64,000 nucleotides of DNA. Source: Malacoraja senta. Lineage: Eukaryota. The first letter of the stretch is position 1; each line of letters begins with the position of its first letter. Below, piece by piece: positions 23,400-36,900 of the stretch. The DNA lies in contig CM075991.1 of the NCBI GenBank assembly GCA_038087875.1, positions 4,092,001 to 4,156,000 of the forward strand. The letters run 5' to 3'. The position numbers were made by a program, and so were the translations under genes. The notes beneath the pieces are model-generated. The model was not told the DNA's origin. It searched no databases and saw only the letters and a program-made list of their open reading frames with translations.

Positions 23400-23712
23400 A
23401 TAATGGCTGCAGAACATTCCCAAGGGAAGGAAGAGCAGTCGGGAGGTTTGTTGTGCACGTGGGCACAAATGACATAGGGAGGAAAGGGTTGAAGATCAGC
23501 AGAGTGAATATAGGGAGCTGGGCAAAAGGTTAAAAAGCAAGCCCTTGAGTGTAGTAATCTCCGGATTGCTCCCATATCGTGAGAGTAAGTACAGGAAGAT
23601 AGGACAGGTGAATTTGTGGCTGAGGAGTTGGTGTAGGGTGCGAGCATTCAGATTTCTGAGCCACTGGGATTTCTCCTGGGGCAGAGTTGAACTGTACAAG
23701 AGTGAGGGTCTT
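23400..23712 (+). pseudogene. CR1 ORF1 SGNH-esterase-like fragment
   Basis: EYRELGKRLKSK..SVVISGLLP...IGQVNLWLRSWC...FRFLSHWD resembles CR1 ORF1 esterase domains. Confidence 0.7.
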
Positions 23713-24689
23713 CGAATAATTGGCTCTGTAAACTGCTCCTGATGTGTAGGATGCGAAACAGGGATAACATAAGGGGAATAATGAAAATTTGATGAGAGTG
23801 AAAATTGGGCACTGGGGGTGCATGAATTCCTCCACTTAATTAAATTCATTAAGTTTAAAATAAACTAAACCTAGATATTGTGAGGGCTTTTGAAATCAAC
23901 CAGGGAACTGTTAAAGAGGGTGTTAATGGAATATACCAGCAAAGAAGAAATATTTAAAAAGGCTGTAAAAGCATTTATTTAGTCTCACTTCGAAAATAAA
24001 TTTTACCCACCCAGTCTATCTCCATGATGGATAAATCTTCATTTTCTCACATCATACTTGATCATTCACCTTCTAACTCATGACTAATAAGTGCTGGTGT
24101 TCAGAAGAATTCAGAAACTTGGCACATATATTACAGTAGATTAACAGGTTGGCACAATATGAAATGATGCAGGTGAGTGGTTAGTTGGATTTTAGGGATT
24201 TGGATTATCATGTCGAATATTGATAAAACATCACGTAAAATGTTCTGATTTGGTCTCTAACTAACATTCCTTATACTTGAGAAGGACACCAAGTTATGGA
24301 GTAACTCAACGGGTCAGGCAGCATTCCCAGAGTAAAGGGATGGGTGATGTTTCGGGTCGGGACCCTTCATCAAATTGAAAGTAGGGGGTGGGTGTGAAGA
24401 GATGGAGGCGAGAAAAGTCAAGGACAGATCAGGGCTCTCTTCAACCCCCAACCCCCTACTTTCAGTCCGAAGAAGGATTCCGACCCAAAATGTCACCAAT
24501 CCTTTTTCTCCAGAGATGCTGCAGTTATTCCACTAGTTAGTGTCTTTCCAAGGTATAAGCCAGCATCTGCAGTTCATAGTTTCTACACTAATGTTCATAC
24601 TTACACTGGAGGAAGTGTGACAGAGACACACCTGATTTGTTCCTATGAAGAGAGATCGTGCATCTTCATAGTAAACTTGAGATAATATT

Positions 24690-25920
24690 TCTTCTTCTTA
24701 CGCAGTCTCTTGGGATTGAGGATGTCTTACTTCATTTCTGGTTCTTAGATGGCTGATGAGGCCAATATGACACTTGGATACTCTGTCTCAGGTGACATAG
24801 ATGCTTGATGGAGTAGATAGGTGGAAAGTTAGTACACTGGTGGGCTGCTTCTATCAGGTTCGCTTGCCTTCTGTGTATATGGACCCAATGTTCTCAGTTG
24901 AATTGAATTGAATTGAATATTTTATTATTACATGCCCAAGGTATGCAAATAGTCGCCCATAAAGGGCACTTACAAAGTTACAAAGTACCCACATGCCAGG
25001 TCCCCCTTTGTCCTCCCCCCCCCTCCTCATGGTGGTCCACCCACACTAGGTCCTACTTCGTTCCTTCCTCCAGCAGCGGCGTCATCACTTCCACATGTCC
25101 GTCCTTCCTCTGTCTGTTGGCGCCATCATCGACTGCCACACGGACCTCTCCACTATCGCCGCTGGGTCCTCTCCAGATGCCTCTGTGGTGCCGACCCAGC
25201 ACCCAGCCGCGGGCTCCGCAGACCCAAGGGCCGTTAGCCACGGGCTTCGTTGACTCACGATGCTCCACTCTGACCCGCAAGACCCTGGCCCGAGAGGCTC
25301 CGACCTGCGAGGCTCCGGCCTTGGCTTCTCAGTGGCGCCTCCGGAAGGATTCAGCCCGTAGCGGCATCTCCGGAAGGCGTCTGCCGCAGCGCCACCTCTG
25401 GAACATCCTGAACTCTCCTCAACACTCTTTCACCATTTGAATGGTCACGGGGAAGGGATTACCAGAAATTGGTGGGGATGTTGCAGGTTTTAAAAGACTT
25501 TGAAAATACCATTGACTCTTTTTTCGCTACGCATTCTTGCTATGAGACGCTTTGAAATAAAGTATCTTTTTTGGGCATCTGAACAATGGAGTCTGCCCAC
25601 CAAAGCCAACTGAGTGTAACTAGCACGTCATTATTTGCGATGTTTATCTGCTGGAGGATAAAGGCATTGGTTTGCTAATCCTACTGATACACCTGGTGGA
25701 GAAAATGGTTTATTTCCTGTGCTCTGAGGTAGGTGGTGTTTGTACTCCACATCTCAGAAGCATTCAGGAGGGGAAGCACTGATGCCCATTAGACATTGGA
25801 TTTCTTGCCATATTTGAAGTCTTGATCATCAGATATACTTGACCACAGTCAACCAAAGATGGACTGCCACACTAAAGGTGATGGTGAATTCTGTCACTAA
25901 TGTCTGCCTTAATTGGAATC
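24690..25920. mobile_element. Old LINE remnant (possibly RTE-like) interrupted by a GC-rich insertion at about 24897-25420
   Basis: 'gttcttagatggctgatgaggccaatatg' recurs at about 26145-26175; the insertion has a (TTGAA)n end and a CpG-rich body. Confidence 0.35.
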
Positions 25921-27091
25921 ATGGGAAGCATGATTTTATACACTTCTATAAGATCACCCGTCACCCGTCACCCTCCTGAGCTCCATGGAATGAAGTCCTA
26001 GCCTGCCAACATCTCCCTGTGGCTCAAGTCCTGGCAACTCCCTTATATATCTTCTCAGCGCTCTTTCCAGCTTAATGATCTCCTTCCTATAGCAGGAAAT
26101 ACTCCAAGGATTGCCAGACTTGTTTCATCTTTGTTTTTTTTATGGGTTCTAAGGTGGCTAATGAGACCAATGTGGGAATCACAGACATTTCCACTTAGTA
26201 ACTACTTAATTGCTAATGCCCTTGCAGTTCATTAAGATTCTAAATTTTGCACTGATAATCTGAGACACAAATGAGACATTGATGAGAGATGACATCTGAG
26301 ACTCCATTTAGTGATTAAATGACATACGGGTCTAGTTTTGAACTGAATTAAGTATTGCAAGCTTCATCATAAAAATATGGTTTGCTATGTGGAAACATTC
26401 ATCCGTGTCAGGATAATGCCCAACTTATTTTCACTGTCCGTCTGTTTGTGCAGTTCAAAAACAAGTTTGGCAACTTTTAGAAAGATAATGGGGGCTTGTT
26501 TTCTCGGAACTTTTGATATTGTTATTGGTTTATTGTTGTTATAGTACTAAGATACAGTGACATGTTTTTGGTGCTATTCAGGCAAATCGCACCAGGCGTG
26601 ATTACATCAGGTAGTGCAAACAAAATAATAGAATGCAGAATATAGTTTTACAAGCTATTGAGAAAGTGAAGGTTAAAAAAAGTGCATGGGCCGCAATGAG
26701 GTAAATCGGAAGATTGGAAATGCATTTGGGAGGTTCATTCAAGAATCTGATAACAGTAAGGAAGAAGCAATTCTTGAATCTGGCAGTACTATGGGAGAAG
26801 GGGAGAAGAGGGAATGACTGTGGTGTGAATCAGTCTCAATTTTGATGATTGCTTTCCTGAGGCTGCATGGAATGTCGATAGAGCAGAGGGGAGATGGGGG
26901 TGTTGAGTAAGAGAGGGGGGGGAGGTTGTTGTTCTACTGGTTTGCTTGATGGACTGGGATTTGCATGATGGATGTGGTCTCCAGTTAAAATTGTCCCAAA
27001 TGATTAGCCATGATCACATTGAATGGCGGTGCTGGCTCGATGGGCTGAATGGCCTACTCCTGCACATATTTTCTATATATTTAAGTTTGAC

Positions 27092-27372
27092 GGCATGGTG
27101 ACCCAGATTTTATCCTAACTACGGGTGCTTGTCTGTACGGATTTTGTACATTCTCCTCGTGACCTACGTGGGTTTCCTCCGGGGGCTTCGGTTTCCTCCC
27201 ACACTCCAAAGATGTACATGCGTGTAGGTTAATTAGCTAGGTAAAGTATAATTGTAAATTGTCCCTAGTGTGTGTAGAATAGCATTAATGTGCAGGGATT
27301 GCTGCTCGGCGCGGACCCGGTGGGTGAAGGGCCTGTTTCTACGCTGTATCTCCAAACTAAACTAAACTAAAC
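27092..27372 (+). mobile_element. HE1-like SINE
   Basis: Core and (CTAAA)n tail. Confidence 0.85.
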
Positions 27373-27876
27373 ATGCCGCTTATAAGCATAAATTATTTTT
27401 TACTGCATGGAGAAGGCTAGAAAAAATACATATACACGACTTGCAGGTGATAAATTTTGATTTAAATAGAGATATGAACATCATGAAGCAGAACATGCTG
27501 CCCTTTGAGACTTCACTATCATTCAATAAAATCATGAAAGTCTCTTCAGTGGCCTCAATTTTTTTTTGACCATGTTATTGGCACTAGAAACATGGCGGCA
27601 CTTGTGTACTGACTAGGTGAGGTCTGCAATATCATTTTACCAGGTTGTATGCAAAACAAAGCATTTCACTGTGCCTAGGTACACGTAACAATGGAGTATC
27701 ATTGAATCATTGAATCATTGAATTGAATCATTGGAAGGATGTATGGAAGAATGTATTTAACGTTTGATTTGCCGCAGTCTAAAGATCCGTTATTGCATTG
27801 CATAGATTTAATTACTCAACTTCCAAATTTCTGCTGGTGGGAATTTCAAAATTCTTTAGTTCTAAACTCTTTAATC

Positions 27877-28168
27877 TAGTTTAGTTTAGAGATACATTGT
27901 GGAAACAGGCCCATCGGCCCACTGAGTCCGTGCCGACCAGCGGTCCTGACTCACTAACACTATCCTGCACACACTAGGGACAATTTACAATTATACCAAG
28001 CCAATTAGCCTACAAACCTGTACGTCTTTGGAGTGCGGGAGGAAACCGGAGATCCGTGAGAAAACCCACACAGGTCACAGGGAAACTCCATATATACTGC
28101 ACCCGTAGTCAGGATGGAAGCATGGTCTCCAGCGCTGCAAGGCAACAACTCCACTGTTGCTCCGCCAT
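27877..28168 (-). mobile_element. HE1-like SINE
   Basis: Reverse complement of the family consensus. Confidence 0.88.
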
Positions 28169-28417
28169 CCATTAAGTGAAAAAGCACTCTGTCATATGTA
28201 TGATATTCCCTAACCTTAGGTTCCCCCATCGTGGAACCATCTCACAACATCTAGCCTCTCACTCCCTTCATCCAAAGGATGATGTGTGTAGGAAGGAACT
28301 GCAGATACTGGTTTACACGGGCAGCATGCCTGTCCCTCTGAGTTACTCCAGTATTTTGTGTCTATCCAAAGGACGATGGTTGTGGTTGTTAAGAAGCCAA
28401 ATCATCCCAGTTTCAGG

Positions 28418-28750
28418 ACGTCACTCCAGGAGTTTCTTGGAGTAGTGACCAAGATCCAAACTGATCTTCGTCAGAGACCAGCCTTTTATCATAAGGCCAG
28501 AAATGGAAAGATTTGCTGATGATGGAACATTGTTCAGTTCCATTCCCAGGTCCTCTGCAAACGTGGCAATCTGTGGTGAATTCAGCAAAATTGCAAAAAC
28601 AATGAACAGGCATGGGCTGAAAAGTGGCATGTATTCTATCATGCTCCAAAGGTGTCAGGCAAGTGTCCAATAAGAAATATATACCATGCCATTCAATGAC
28701 TACCATCACTGAGTAATATGTCATTGATATCCTGGAGGTCATCATTCACT
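28418..28750 (+). pseudogene. Ancient CR1/L2-group reverse transcriptase fragment
   Basis: VTPGVS (decayed VTSGVPQGS), ERFADD and WAEKW in order; heavily decayed. Confidence 0.55.
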
Positions 28751-28769
28751 AGATTCTCAATTAATGGCG

Positions 28770-29465
28770 CTGAAGTAGAGATGGTCCAAAGCTTCAATTT
28801 CTTATGAGTCAATTTCTCAGCAGCAATTTGTCCTGAGCTACCTCAAAGCAATAGCTAAGAAAGCACACCAATCCTTCTACTTCCTTAGAAGGCTTAGGAA
28901 GACATCCCCAACAATCCACACCAACTTCTACAGATACACCGTGGAAACCATTTTATCGGGATGCATCACGGCATGCTTTAGAAACAGCTCCATCCAAGAC
29001 CGCAAGAAATCGCAGAGAGTTGTGGACATTGCCCAGACCACCACGCAAACCAAACTCTCTTCCATGGACTCCATCTACACTTTACGTTGTCTTGACCAGC
29101 TTAACCAAGGACCAGTCAAGGACCCGGTTACTCGCTCTTCTCAGTTTGAAAACTCCAGATTCAGGTACAGAAGTTTGAAAACTCCAGATTCAGGGACACT
29201 TTATTTCCAGCTGCTATCAGGCAACTGAACCATGCTTTCGCCAGCTAGATCTACCATTGACCTCAGTTGAGACCTTTGAAATGTCGTTAATCAGACATTA
29301 GCATGCACTAAATAATGTACCCTTTATCCTGTATCTGTAAACTGTGGATGGCTTGATTGTAATCATGTATACTCCTCTCATTGACAGGATAGTACGCAGC
29401 AAAGAAGCTTTTCACTGTACCTCGATACACGTGACAATAATAAACTATACTAAACTAAAAGTAAA
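28770..29465 (+). mobile_element. Rex1/Babar-like LINE 3' fragment
   Basis: KKAHQ..YFLRRLRK...VETILSGCITACFRNSSIQDRKKSQRVV...DSIYTLRC; tail 'gcttttcactgtacctcgatacacgtgacaataa'. Confidence 0.82.
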
Positions 29466-30954
29466 CTAAAATCCACAGGACAAAGTTAAACATTGACTTT
29501 ATATCAATTGCCACTTGCTGAGGATAGTTCCAAATGTCTTCCGTTCCCTGTGGGGAAAAGTGTTTTGTGACATCAATTCTGAAGGCCTCGTTCTAATTTG
29601 TAGACTCTTCCCCAAAAGAACAGAATTATATCAAGATCGATGATGTTCACTTCTGCCAACTGCTCCAGTGTGCACATATTCACAGAAGCATTATTCTTCA
29701 TGTACTCTAATACCTGGCTGCACTGTGCAGTTTTTCAAAAGAGACTCTGCTGCTTGCTGTGGTTTTGATGTGACATATATTCTCCACTGGATCAGCACGC
29801 AGCAGTTTTTGTATCACTGTACTTTGACATCTGTTTGATTTGCTGCTTAATACACAATAAGCCTCTTCAAAACAAACTTGGTTTCAAAGTGCCTCGTAGT
29901 TGTTTCTTGCTCCAACTTGTAGAGTGACAGAACACAGAGTGAACATTGCTGAAGTTTGCTTTGTCAGCTTCCCACGGTCTGATTCAGATTAGTGCTTTAA
30001 AACATTTGTACAGTGGAGAGGAAACTCCCCCAAGAATGTACTGATGGCATGTAATAGTTCTGGTAATTTGCCTTTGTTTTCTCATCTTAATGCTGAACAG
30101 AGCATGAATACTGCTTTGTTGGGAGTTACTGACTCTTTCTGCATTTAGCAGTGTTTAGCTGGCGCAGTGTTGGCTTTTCAAATCTGCTTAATCCTCCCTG
30201 AGGGAATAACCGATGAATAATTTTCATTGTGATTCACCTGGCATCCTGTCTCAGGCAGACTTAATGGACCAGCTGGACTTTTTGTTTTCCTTGTGGATTT
30301 CTTACATCATAGTTCTTGAGGACACCTTCAGGAAGGAAATGTCGTGAAATCTTTCCAGACCCAACAGTAATGAAGCAAAGCAGCTGAAGAGACTGTGCCC
30401 GGTTGTAATTGACAGGAAAAACCGTTCATAACTTCACAATGGAAATTGAGACACAGCCCAGCATAGAAGATGTGATTGAGTGTTTGAAGAAGTAACAAAG
30501 GAAGATTGACAAGGGCAAGGCCATAGACAAAGAGTATATGGACTTCAGCAAGGCCTTTGATAAGGCTGCTCTGGAAAGTTTGATCACATGGGATCCAGGG
30601 AGAGCTGGATACAGAACTGGATACAGAATAATACCAAATGATAACGATTAACCTCGCTCTGTCTTACTCCATCACTTCATTCAGTTCTGTTATGAATTGG
30701 GATTGGTCTTTACTCCTGCTTGGTGCTCTGTATCTTCTAAATATATGGCGCACCAACATGCTCTCCTGGGATTGAAGATCCTGGAAGTCCTTCCCTGAAA
30801 GTCCTTCCCTGAACATTAACCGCAGTGGCCGTGTGAGATTTACATGTCGCGTGACTGAGAGTGGAGATGTACACTGCTATATTCTTGCTCACACCCTGAG
30901 GTGGGAAGCTTTACGAAAAAATGGGCACCTGAGAATTGTAACTCTGCAGTGAAA

Positions 30955-31380
30955 GGAGCGGGCCGATCCCTTGCCGGGGATCGCTGGAGAAGAGCTCCGA
31001 CCGCCGGCCTGTGGCCTATAACATCCTGAAGCCGCGGTCTCCGGTAAGGAAGTGGCCGATTCGGAAACTCCAAGCCGCGGAGTGTGTTTGATCTGTCCCG
31101 ACGTCGGAGCTTCGGTCATCCCGACGAGACGGCTTGCACATCGGGCCGTCCATAGCGACGACTGCGGGGGGTCAAGGCCCCCGACCACGGGTGAACAAAG
31201 GAGGAAGACTTACTGAACTTTATTGCCTTCCATCACAATGAAGAATGCTGTGGTGGATGTTTATGTTACATTCTATTATGTATTGTGTTCTTTTTAATTG
31301 TATGGCTGCATGGTAACTCATTTCACTGTACCTTAATTGGTGCATGTGCCAAAAAATGTCAACCTTGAACCTTGAACTGA
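30955..31380 (+). mobile_element. CpG-rich non-coding retroelement, 3' half
   Basis: Similar to 2980-3360; tail 'tttcactgtaccttaattggtgcatgtg' plus (CCTTGAA)n. Confidence 0.65.
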
Positions 31381-32869
31381 GGTTTTGAACACATTCCATC
31401 ATCGGGTATAAGTTAAAACAGGCTTTGTTCTAATTTATGAAGTTCCATCATTGCATCCAACACAAACACTGTTCCGTTCTCTTCAATGCAGTTCTATTCC
31501 AGCCCTGAATGTCATATAGTCATAGAGTCACACGGCATGGAAACAGGTCCTTTGTCCCAATGAGCCCAATCCACACTGGTCACACCTGCCTCCGTTTGGC
31601 CCACATCCCTCAACACCTATCCTATCGAAATGTGTTTTAAACATTGTATCTGCCTCAACTACTTCCTCCGGCAGCTTGTTCCATATATCTACTGCTCTTA
31701 GTGTCAAAAAAGGTGCCCCTCAGGTTCATTTCAAATCTTTTTCCCTCAACATAATCCTATGTCTCTGGTTCTTGATTCCTCTACTCTGGTTAAAGGACAC
31801 TGTGCATTTACCCTATCTATTCCTCTGATTATCTCATACATCTCTATAAAGATTACCTCCCATCCTCCTGTGCTCCATGGAATAAAGTCCTAGCCTGGTC
31901 AACTGCTCCCTTTAGCCAAGGCACTCGAGAATAGTGAGACCAAATGTAAAGGTGACTACAATCCCAGTTTAATTGGGATTGAAGTCATCACTGGAAATGA
32001 CAAGAAGTTACACTTGAGAATAGCAGGTAACAAGTTTGAAGAGCCTGGCTTCAGTGATTGTACTGTATTTGAACGTTTTAAGGCTCAGAACTTATAAAGC
32101 AGTGCCATAACGCTGGCTCTGGTTTCACTTGAGCAATGCACCTCACATTTAATCCTCTTACGTGAGCATGTTCCAATATTCTGCAGTATAACCTTGCCTG
32201 AAGCATGTTGTTGTTGTGAACTCATAATAGCCAAGTGAGGGCAACAGTAAACTGGAACCTGATCTCAGCAGCAAATATATTTAACCACTTGCCAATTCTT
32301 ATTGAAACAGGACATCTTATGGAATCCACTGTTCGTCAAACTTTGACCAATATGTCCATAAGCAAGTTATTTAATACATCTCAATCTTGGTCTGGTGGAA
32401 TAATTATCTTTGTTTAAAAAAGCTTATGGATACGAGAGATTTAGAGGAATACGGGCCAAATGCAGGCAGGTGGGACTAGCCTAGACAGGGCATCTTGGTC
32501 AGCCTGGGTAAGTTGGGCCAAAGGGCCTGTTTCCATGCTGTATGACTCAATGACTTTGCAGTTTGAAAACGCATACCTCCACATTCAGGAACAATTTGTT
32601 TCCAGCTGTTATCAGGCACCTGAACTGTCCTCTCACCAGCTAGAGAGCAGTCCTGACCTCCCACCCACCTCATTGGAGAACTTTGAACTATCATTAATTG
32701 GACTTTATCTTACACTAAACGATCTTCCCTTGATCCTGTATCTGTACACTGTGGATAGCTTGAGCATGTATACTCTTTTTGTGATTATAGTGACTGGATA
32801 ACACGCAATTAAAAGCTTTTCATTGTACCTCGGTGCTCGTGAATAATACACTAAACTACTAAACTAATA

Positions 32870-33325
32870 ATGTTTAAGAAGGAACTGCAGATGCTGAAAA
32901 ATCGAAGGTAGACAAAAACGCTGGAGAAACTCAGCGGGTGAGGCAGCATCTATGGAGCAAAGGAAATAGGCAACGTTTCAGGCCAAAACCCTTCTTCAGA
33001 CTGTTGTGAAGGTGAGGGGGGGGGGGAGAGAGGGAAGAAGAAAGGAAGAGGTGGAGCCAGAGGGCTGAGGGAGAGCTGAGAAGGGGAGGAGAAAGTAAGG
33101 ACTACCTGAAATTAGAGACGTCAATGTTCATACCGCTGGGGTGCAAACTGCCCAAGCGAAATATGAGGTGCTGCTCCTCCAATTTACGGTGGTCCTCACT
33201 CTGGCCATGGAGGAGGCCCAGGACAGAAAGGTCGGATTCAGAATGGGAGGGGGAGTTGAAGTGCTGAGCCACCGGGAGATCAGGTTGGTTATTGCGAACC
33301 GAGCGGAGGTTTTGGGCGAAGCAAC
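32870..33325 (-). mobile_element. Penelope-like element 3' fragment (GIY-YIG C-terminus, hammerhead-bearing end)
   Basis: LRSVRNNQPDLPVAQHFNSPSHSESDLSVLGL...LEEQHLIFRLGSLHPSGMN; close to 57920-58334; hammerhead core at about 32969-33003. Confidence 0.9.
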
Positions 33326-34270
33326 CCATTTCCCTGATACGAGCAGGGGCTTCGGCATCTTCGGGCCTCCGCGCCGTAACGAAGGTGGTAATAGCACCAG
33401 TGACTTCTGCTGTACACGACCGACTGCTGCGGCAGCTCCTCGGAGGCGGCCGATTACTGGCCTTCCTCCCGCTGTCTTCTAGGCTGCACCCTGGCAGCTG
33501 CTGCTGGTCGGACGAAAGAACACACATCACGCCTCCTGGTGGTCCACAACTCGTCGGCCCTCTCTGCGAGCTGCTGTAGTCGGCTCCCGCAAGCATTAAC
33601 CTGACCTCATCGGGCATCATCTCCAGGAACGCTTGCTCGAACAGCAAGCACGGCCGGTGCCTGTCCATGAGGGCCAACATCTTCGCCATGATGGTGGAGG
33701 GCCGCCGATCCCGTACATGTGAAGGATCTTCGCCGCCCTGTCTCGGTGGCTGAGCCCAAAGGTGTGCAACAAAAGAGCCTTCAGGCCCTCATACTTTGCT
33801 ACCGCCGGCGGATCCCTCAGGTAAGGCAGCAATCTGGAGGCCGACTCCTGCGGCAGGGCTCCCACAACATGGAAATACATACTCGTCTGCAACGATCCGT
33901 TGTAGGTGAAACTGTGCCTCCACATGGGCAAACCAAACTTGCGATTGATCGGGCCAGAAAATGGGCAGCCTGAACCCAGGTAAGTCCTGCCGGGCGCTGG
34001 CTGAGTCGGCGGGAAAATAATCTTCCTGCATGTCTTGGTCTAACAGCGGTTAGACTCTTCGATGATCGGTTTTCTTGAACAATATTTATTACGAAACAAG
34101 TTCACCATTGCTACAGGTCTAATATATGCGACTGGCCACAACGGTGGTCGTCGAACAACTGACGCGGGAAATAGAAAACCACGTGAAAACCCCGACCCCT
34201 CCCGGGTCACGTGCTCGCGGCTTCCGACCGCCGGGTTCGATATTGGCGCTCACCAGCAGGTGCCGCTACA
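33326..34270 (-). mobile_element. Ty3/Gypsy remnant: partial 5' LTR plus frameshifted gag
   Basis: LPIFWPDQSQVWFAHVEAQF, KYEGLKALLLHTFGLS, LFEQAFLEMMPDEVR and zinc knuckle WCYYHLRYGAEARRCRSPC; LTR-like start TGTAGCGG at 34270 with AATAAA at 34085-34090. Confidence 0.85.
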
Positions 34271-34640
34271 ACACACAACCACATGAAAATTAACATAAAC
34301 ATCCCCCACAGTGGATTCCACATTCCTCACTGTGATGAAAGGCATTAAATTGCAATCTTCTTCCTCTTTGTTCTCCCGCGGTCTCCAGGGAAGGCCACCA
34401 ACTCCACGATGTTAGGCCACAGTGGGGACAGAGATACGATATTGGAAAAAATTTCATCTCCGTCGAGGTAAGAGATTGAAAACAAGTTTCCCCCAACCCC
34501 CCGCCCCCGCCCCCACACCCCACATAAAACAAACCAAGGAACACTATAACATACTTTTAACACATACTAAAAATAACAACGAAGAGGAAAGGACAGACAG
34601 ACTGTTGGCGAGGCAGCCACTGCTGGTAGTGCCACCCAAT
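34271..34640 (-). mobile_element. Short member of the CpG-rich Rex1-tailed family
   Basis: 'cattcctcactgtgatgaaaggca' block and 5' end similar to 520-600 and 2690-2740. Confidence 0.55.
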
Positions 34641-36421
34641 TGATGGGAGATCCAAGTGAGTGCTATTGGCATACACGCAAAAGTTTAGCACAGCAAAGAT
34701 GGACAAAATCCCATTTCCATGCACTGGGCTGGAACAGTTAATCCCCTAAAGGTAATAGATTATTTTCTGCAAAGAAATTGATGCACAATGTTATTCTAAA
34801 ACATCCACGGACTTCATTAAAAAAACCCACACACAAAGCGGTTTGCATCAGTGCATGTCTCGACCAAAGAATTGACTAAATTATCTGATGTTTTCTAGTT
34901 TCACATGGAGTTACTTATAGTAGTTTTCTTTTATCTAGCAAAATTATATTGTCTTGTAGAGAGAACTTCTTTTGCAAACACTTCAGAACAACCTGATTTC
35001 CAAGAGTCCACTTATAGGATGAGATTTTGTTGGATACCCCATCAGTAGAAGACTCCACTGAGAACACGCTGTTGGTAGTGGTGGTGGAGGCTGATATAAT
35101 GGTGACAATGGGATGGCATGTTGACGCACTGGTAGAGTTGCTGCCTTACAGCACCAGAGACCCAGGTTTGATCCTGAATACAGGTGCTGTCTGTTTGGAG
35201 TTTGCATATTCTCACTGTGACCACGTGGGTGCTCCAATTTCCTCCCACATCCCAAAGTCACGAGGGTTTGTAGTTGAATTGGCCTCTGTAAATTGTCCCT
35301 TGTGTGTAGGTGGGCCAAAGGGCCAGTTTCATCTTTGATATTTTCATCTTGTGAAAAAGATTCTGACTGTTTACCCTATTGGATTGGATTGGATTCAATT
35401 TATTGTCATTGTCTCATAAGAGACAACGAAATGCAATTTTCCGTACAGTCATAAAAAAATTTAAAAAGCACAAAACACAGAAGACCACGACACAAACATC
35501 CCCACAGTTATGCCTCCCTTAATTTTATATATTTATATCACATCTCCTCTTGACCTCCTGTGTACCATGAAAACTGTCCATGTCCAACCTCTCCTGTAGC
35601 TAATACCCCCTAATGCAGGCTTAATTCTGGTTAAACTCGGCATCCACTCCAAAGCCTCCAGATCCTTCCTGTAGAGGGGCGACCAGAAAATTGCAAACAA
35701 TACTCCATGCAGACTAATCAAAGTCCTAAAAAGCTGCATCAGGATTTCTAGACTGTTATACTTCCTACCGCTATCTTTGTTCCATCCTGGTGAAGAGGGG
35801 ACAAGAGAGTGGAAAATGGATGAAATGTCTCCAAGGACATTGTTTACAAAGGTAGAGGGGCCATTGTTCAGAACGAAAGAAAGGAGACATTTCGGAACTT
35901 CGGAACAGCAAGAAAGAAGTAGAGTCGTTACAAGAGGAAGGGTGGAACAAAAAGTAAATACTGCCATTGGAGTCAACAGGCTTGTAATTAATGTTAACCT
36001 TAAAGAGTAGCCATGTGAAGGTGGAAAGTGGTCACAAATGTAATGTTGCCAGTGGGGTGGGCATGAGTACCTGAGGCCTCTACTGAGGGTTGACCATTTG
36101 GAACAAGATAAGCAGATAATGGAAGATCAGATTAGATGGAGGTTGGACTGGTGCGGGGAGGGGGGGGTGTATATGTAGTCTGAGGAAAGTGAAGTGGGAG
36201 ATGGATCCAGAGAGTGTTTGGAAGACAAGAGCTGTTACAATTTTTCTCCTTTCTGAAAGGAAGGAATAAATGTGCCTATTGCAGTTTCAAATGCAGCGGA
36301 GAATGATGTGGAATCATGGACATCAAAAGCTTCGCAAAGTTGCCAGATAGCAATGATCTAGAAGGGTTAAATGGCCAGTGTGCTGAAGATGGATGAAATT
36401 ATCCAGTTTGGGGCTTGGGCC

Positions 36422-36900
36422 AAAGTCAAGTCTCAAGTTTCAAGTTTCAAGTATCCTTTATTGTCATTCAGACTTTTCAGTCTGAACGAAATTTCGTGCC
36501 TTCCACTCATAACATAGAATAAAATAACAAAACACACAATAAACACAAATTTAACATCCACCACAGTGAGTCCACCAGGCACCTCCTCACTGTGATGGAA
36601 AGCAAAAAGTCTTAAAGTCCTTGTCTCTTCCCTCCTTGTTCTCCCTCTGCGTTAAGGCGATCCAAGCTTCCGATGTTGTGATCCCCGCCGGGTGATGGTA
36701 AGTCCCACGGCTGAATCCGAGCTCCGCAAACGGGCCGGTTCAAACTCCGCGGCCCGGGGCGGTCGAAGCTGCCGAAGCTGCCACCCTCCAGTCCAGCGGA
36801 CGCAGCTGTTGTAGCGGGAGCTCCGGAGAACAGGTCACCAACCTGTGACCTGCGAGCTCCCGACGTTATCGTCCTCTGGGCCCGCGGCCGAGCCTCCGAG
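36422..36900 (-). mobile_element. CpG-rich Rex1-tailed element
   Basis: Tail 'tttattgtcattcaga...tctgaacgaaattt' and 'ctcactgtgatggaa' closely resemble 39135-39380. Confidence 0.65.
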
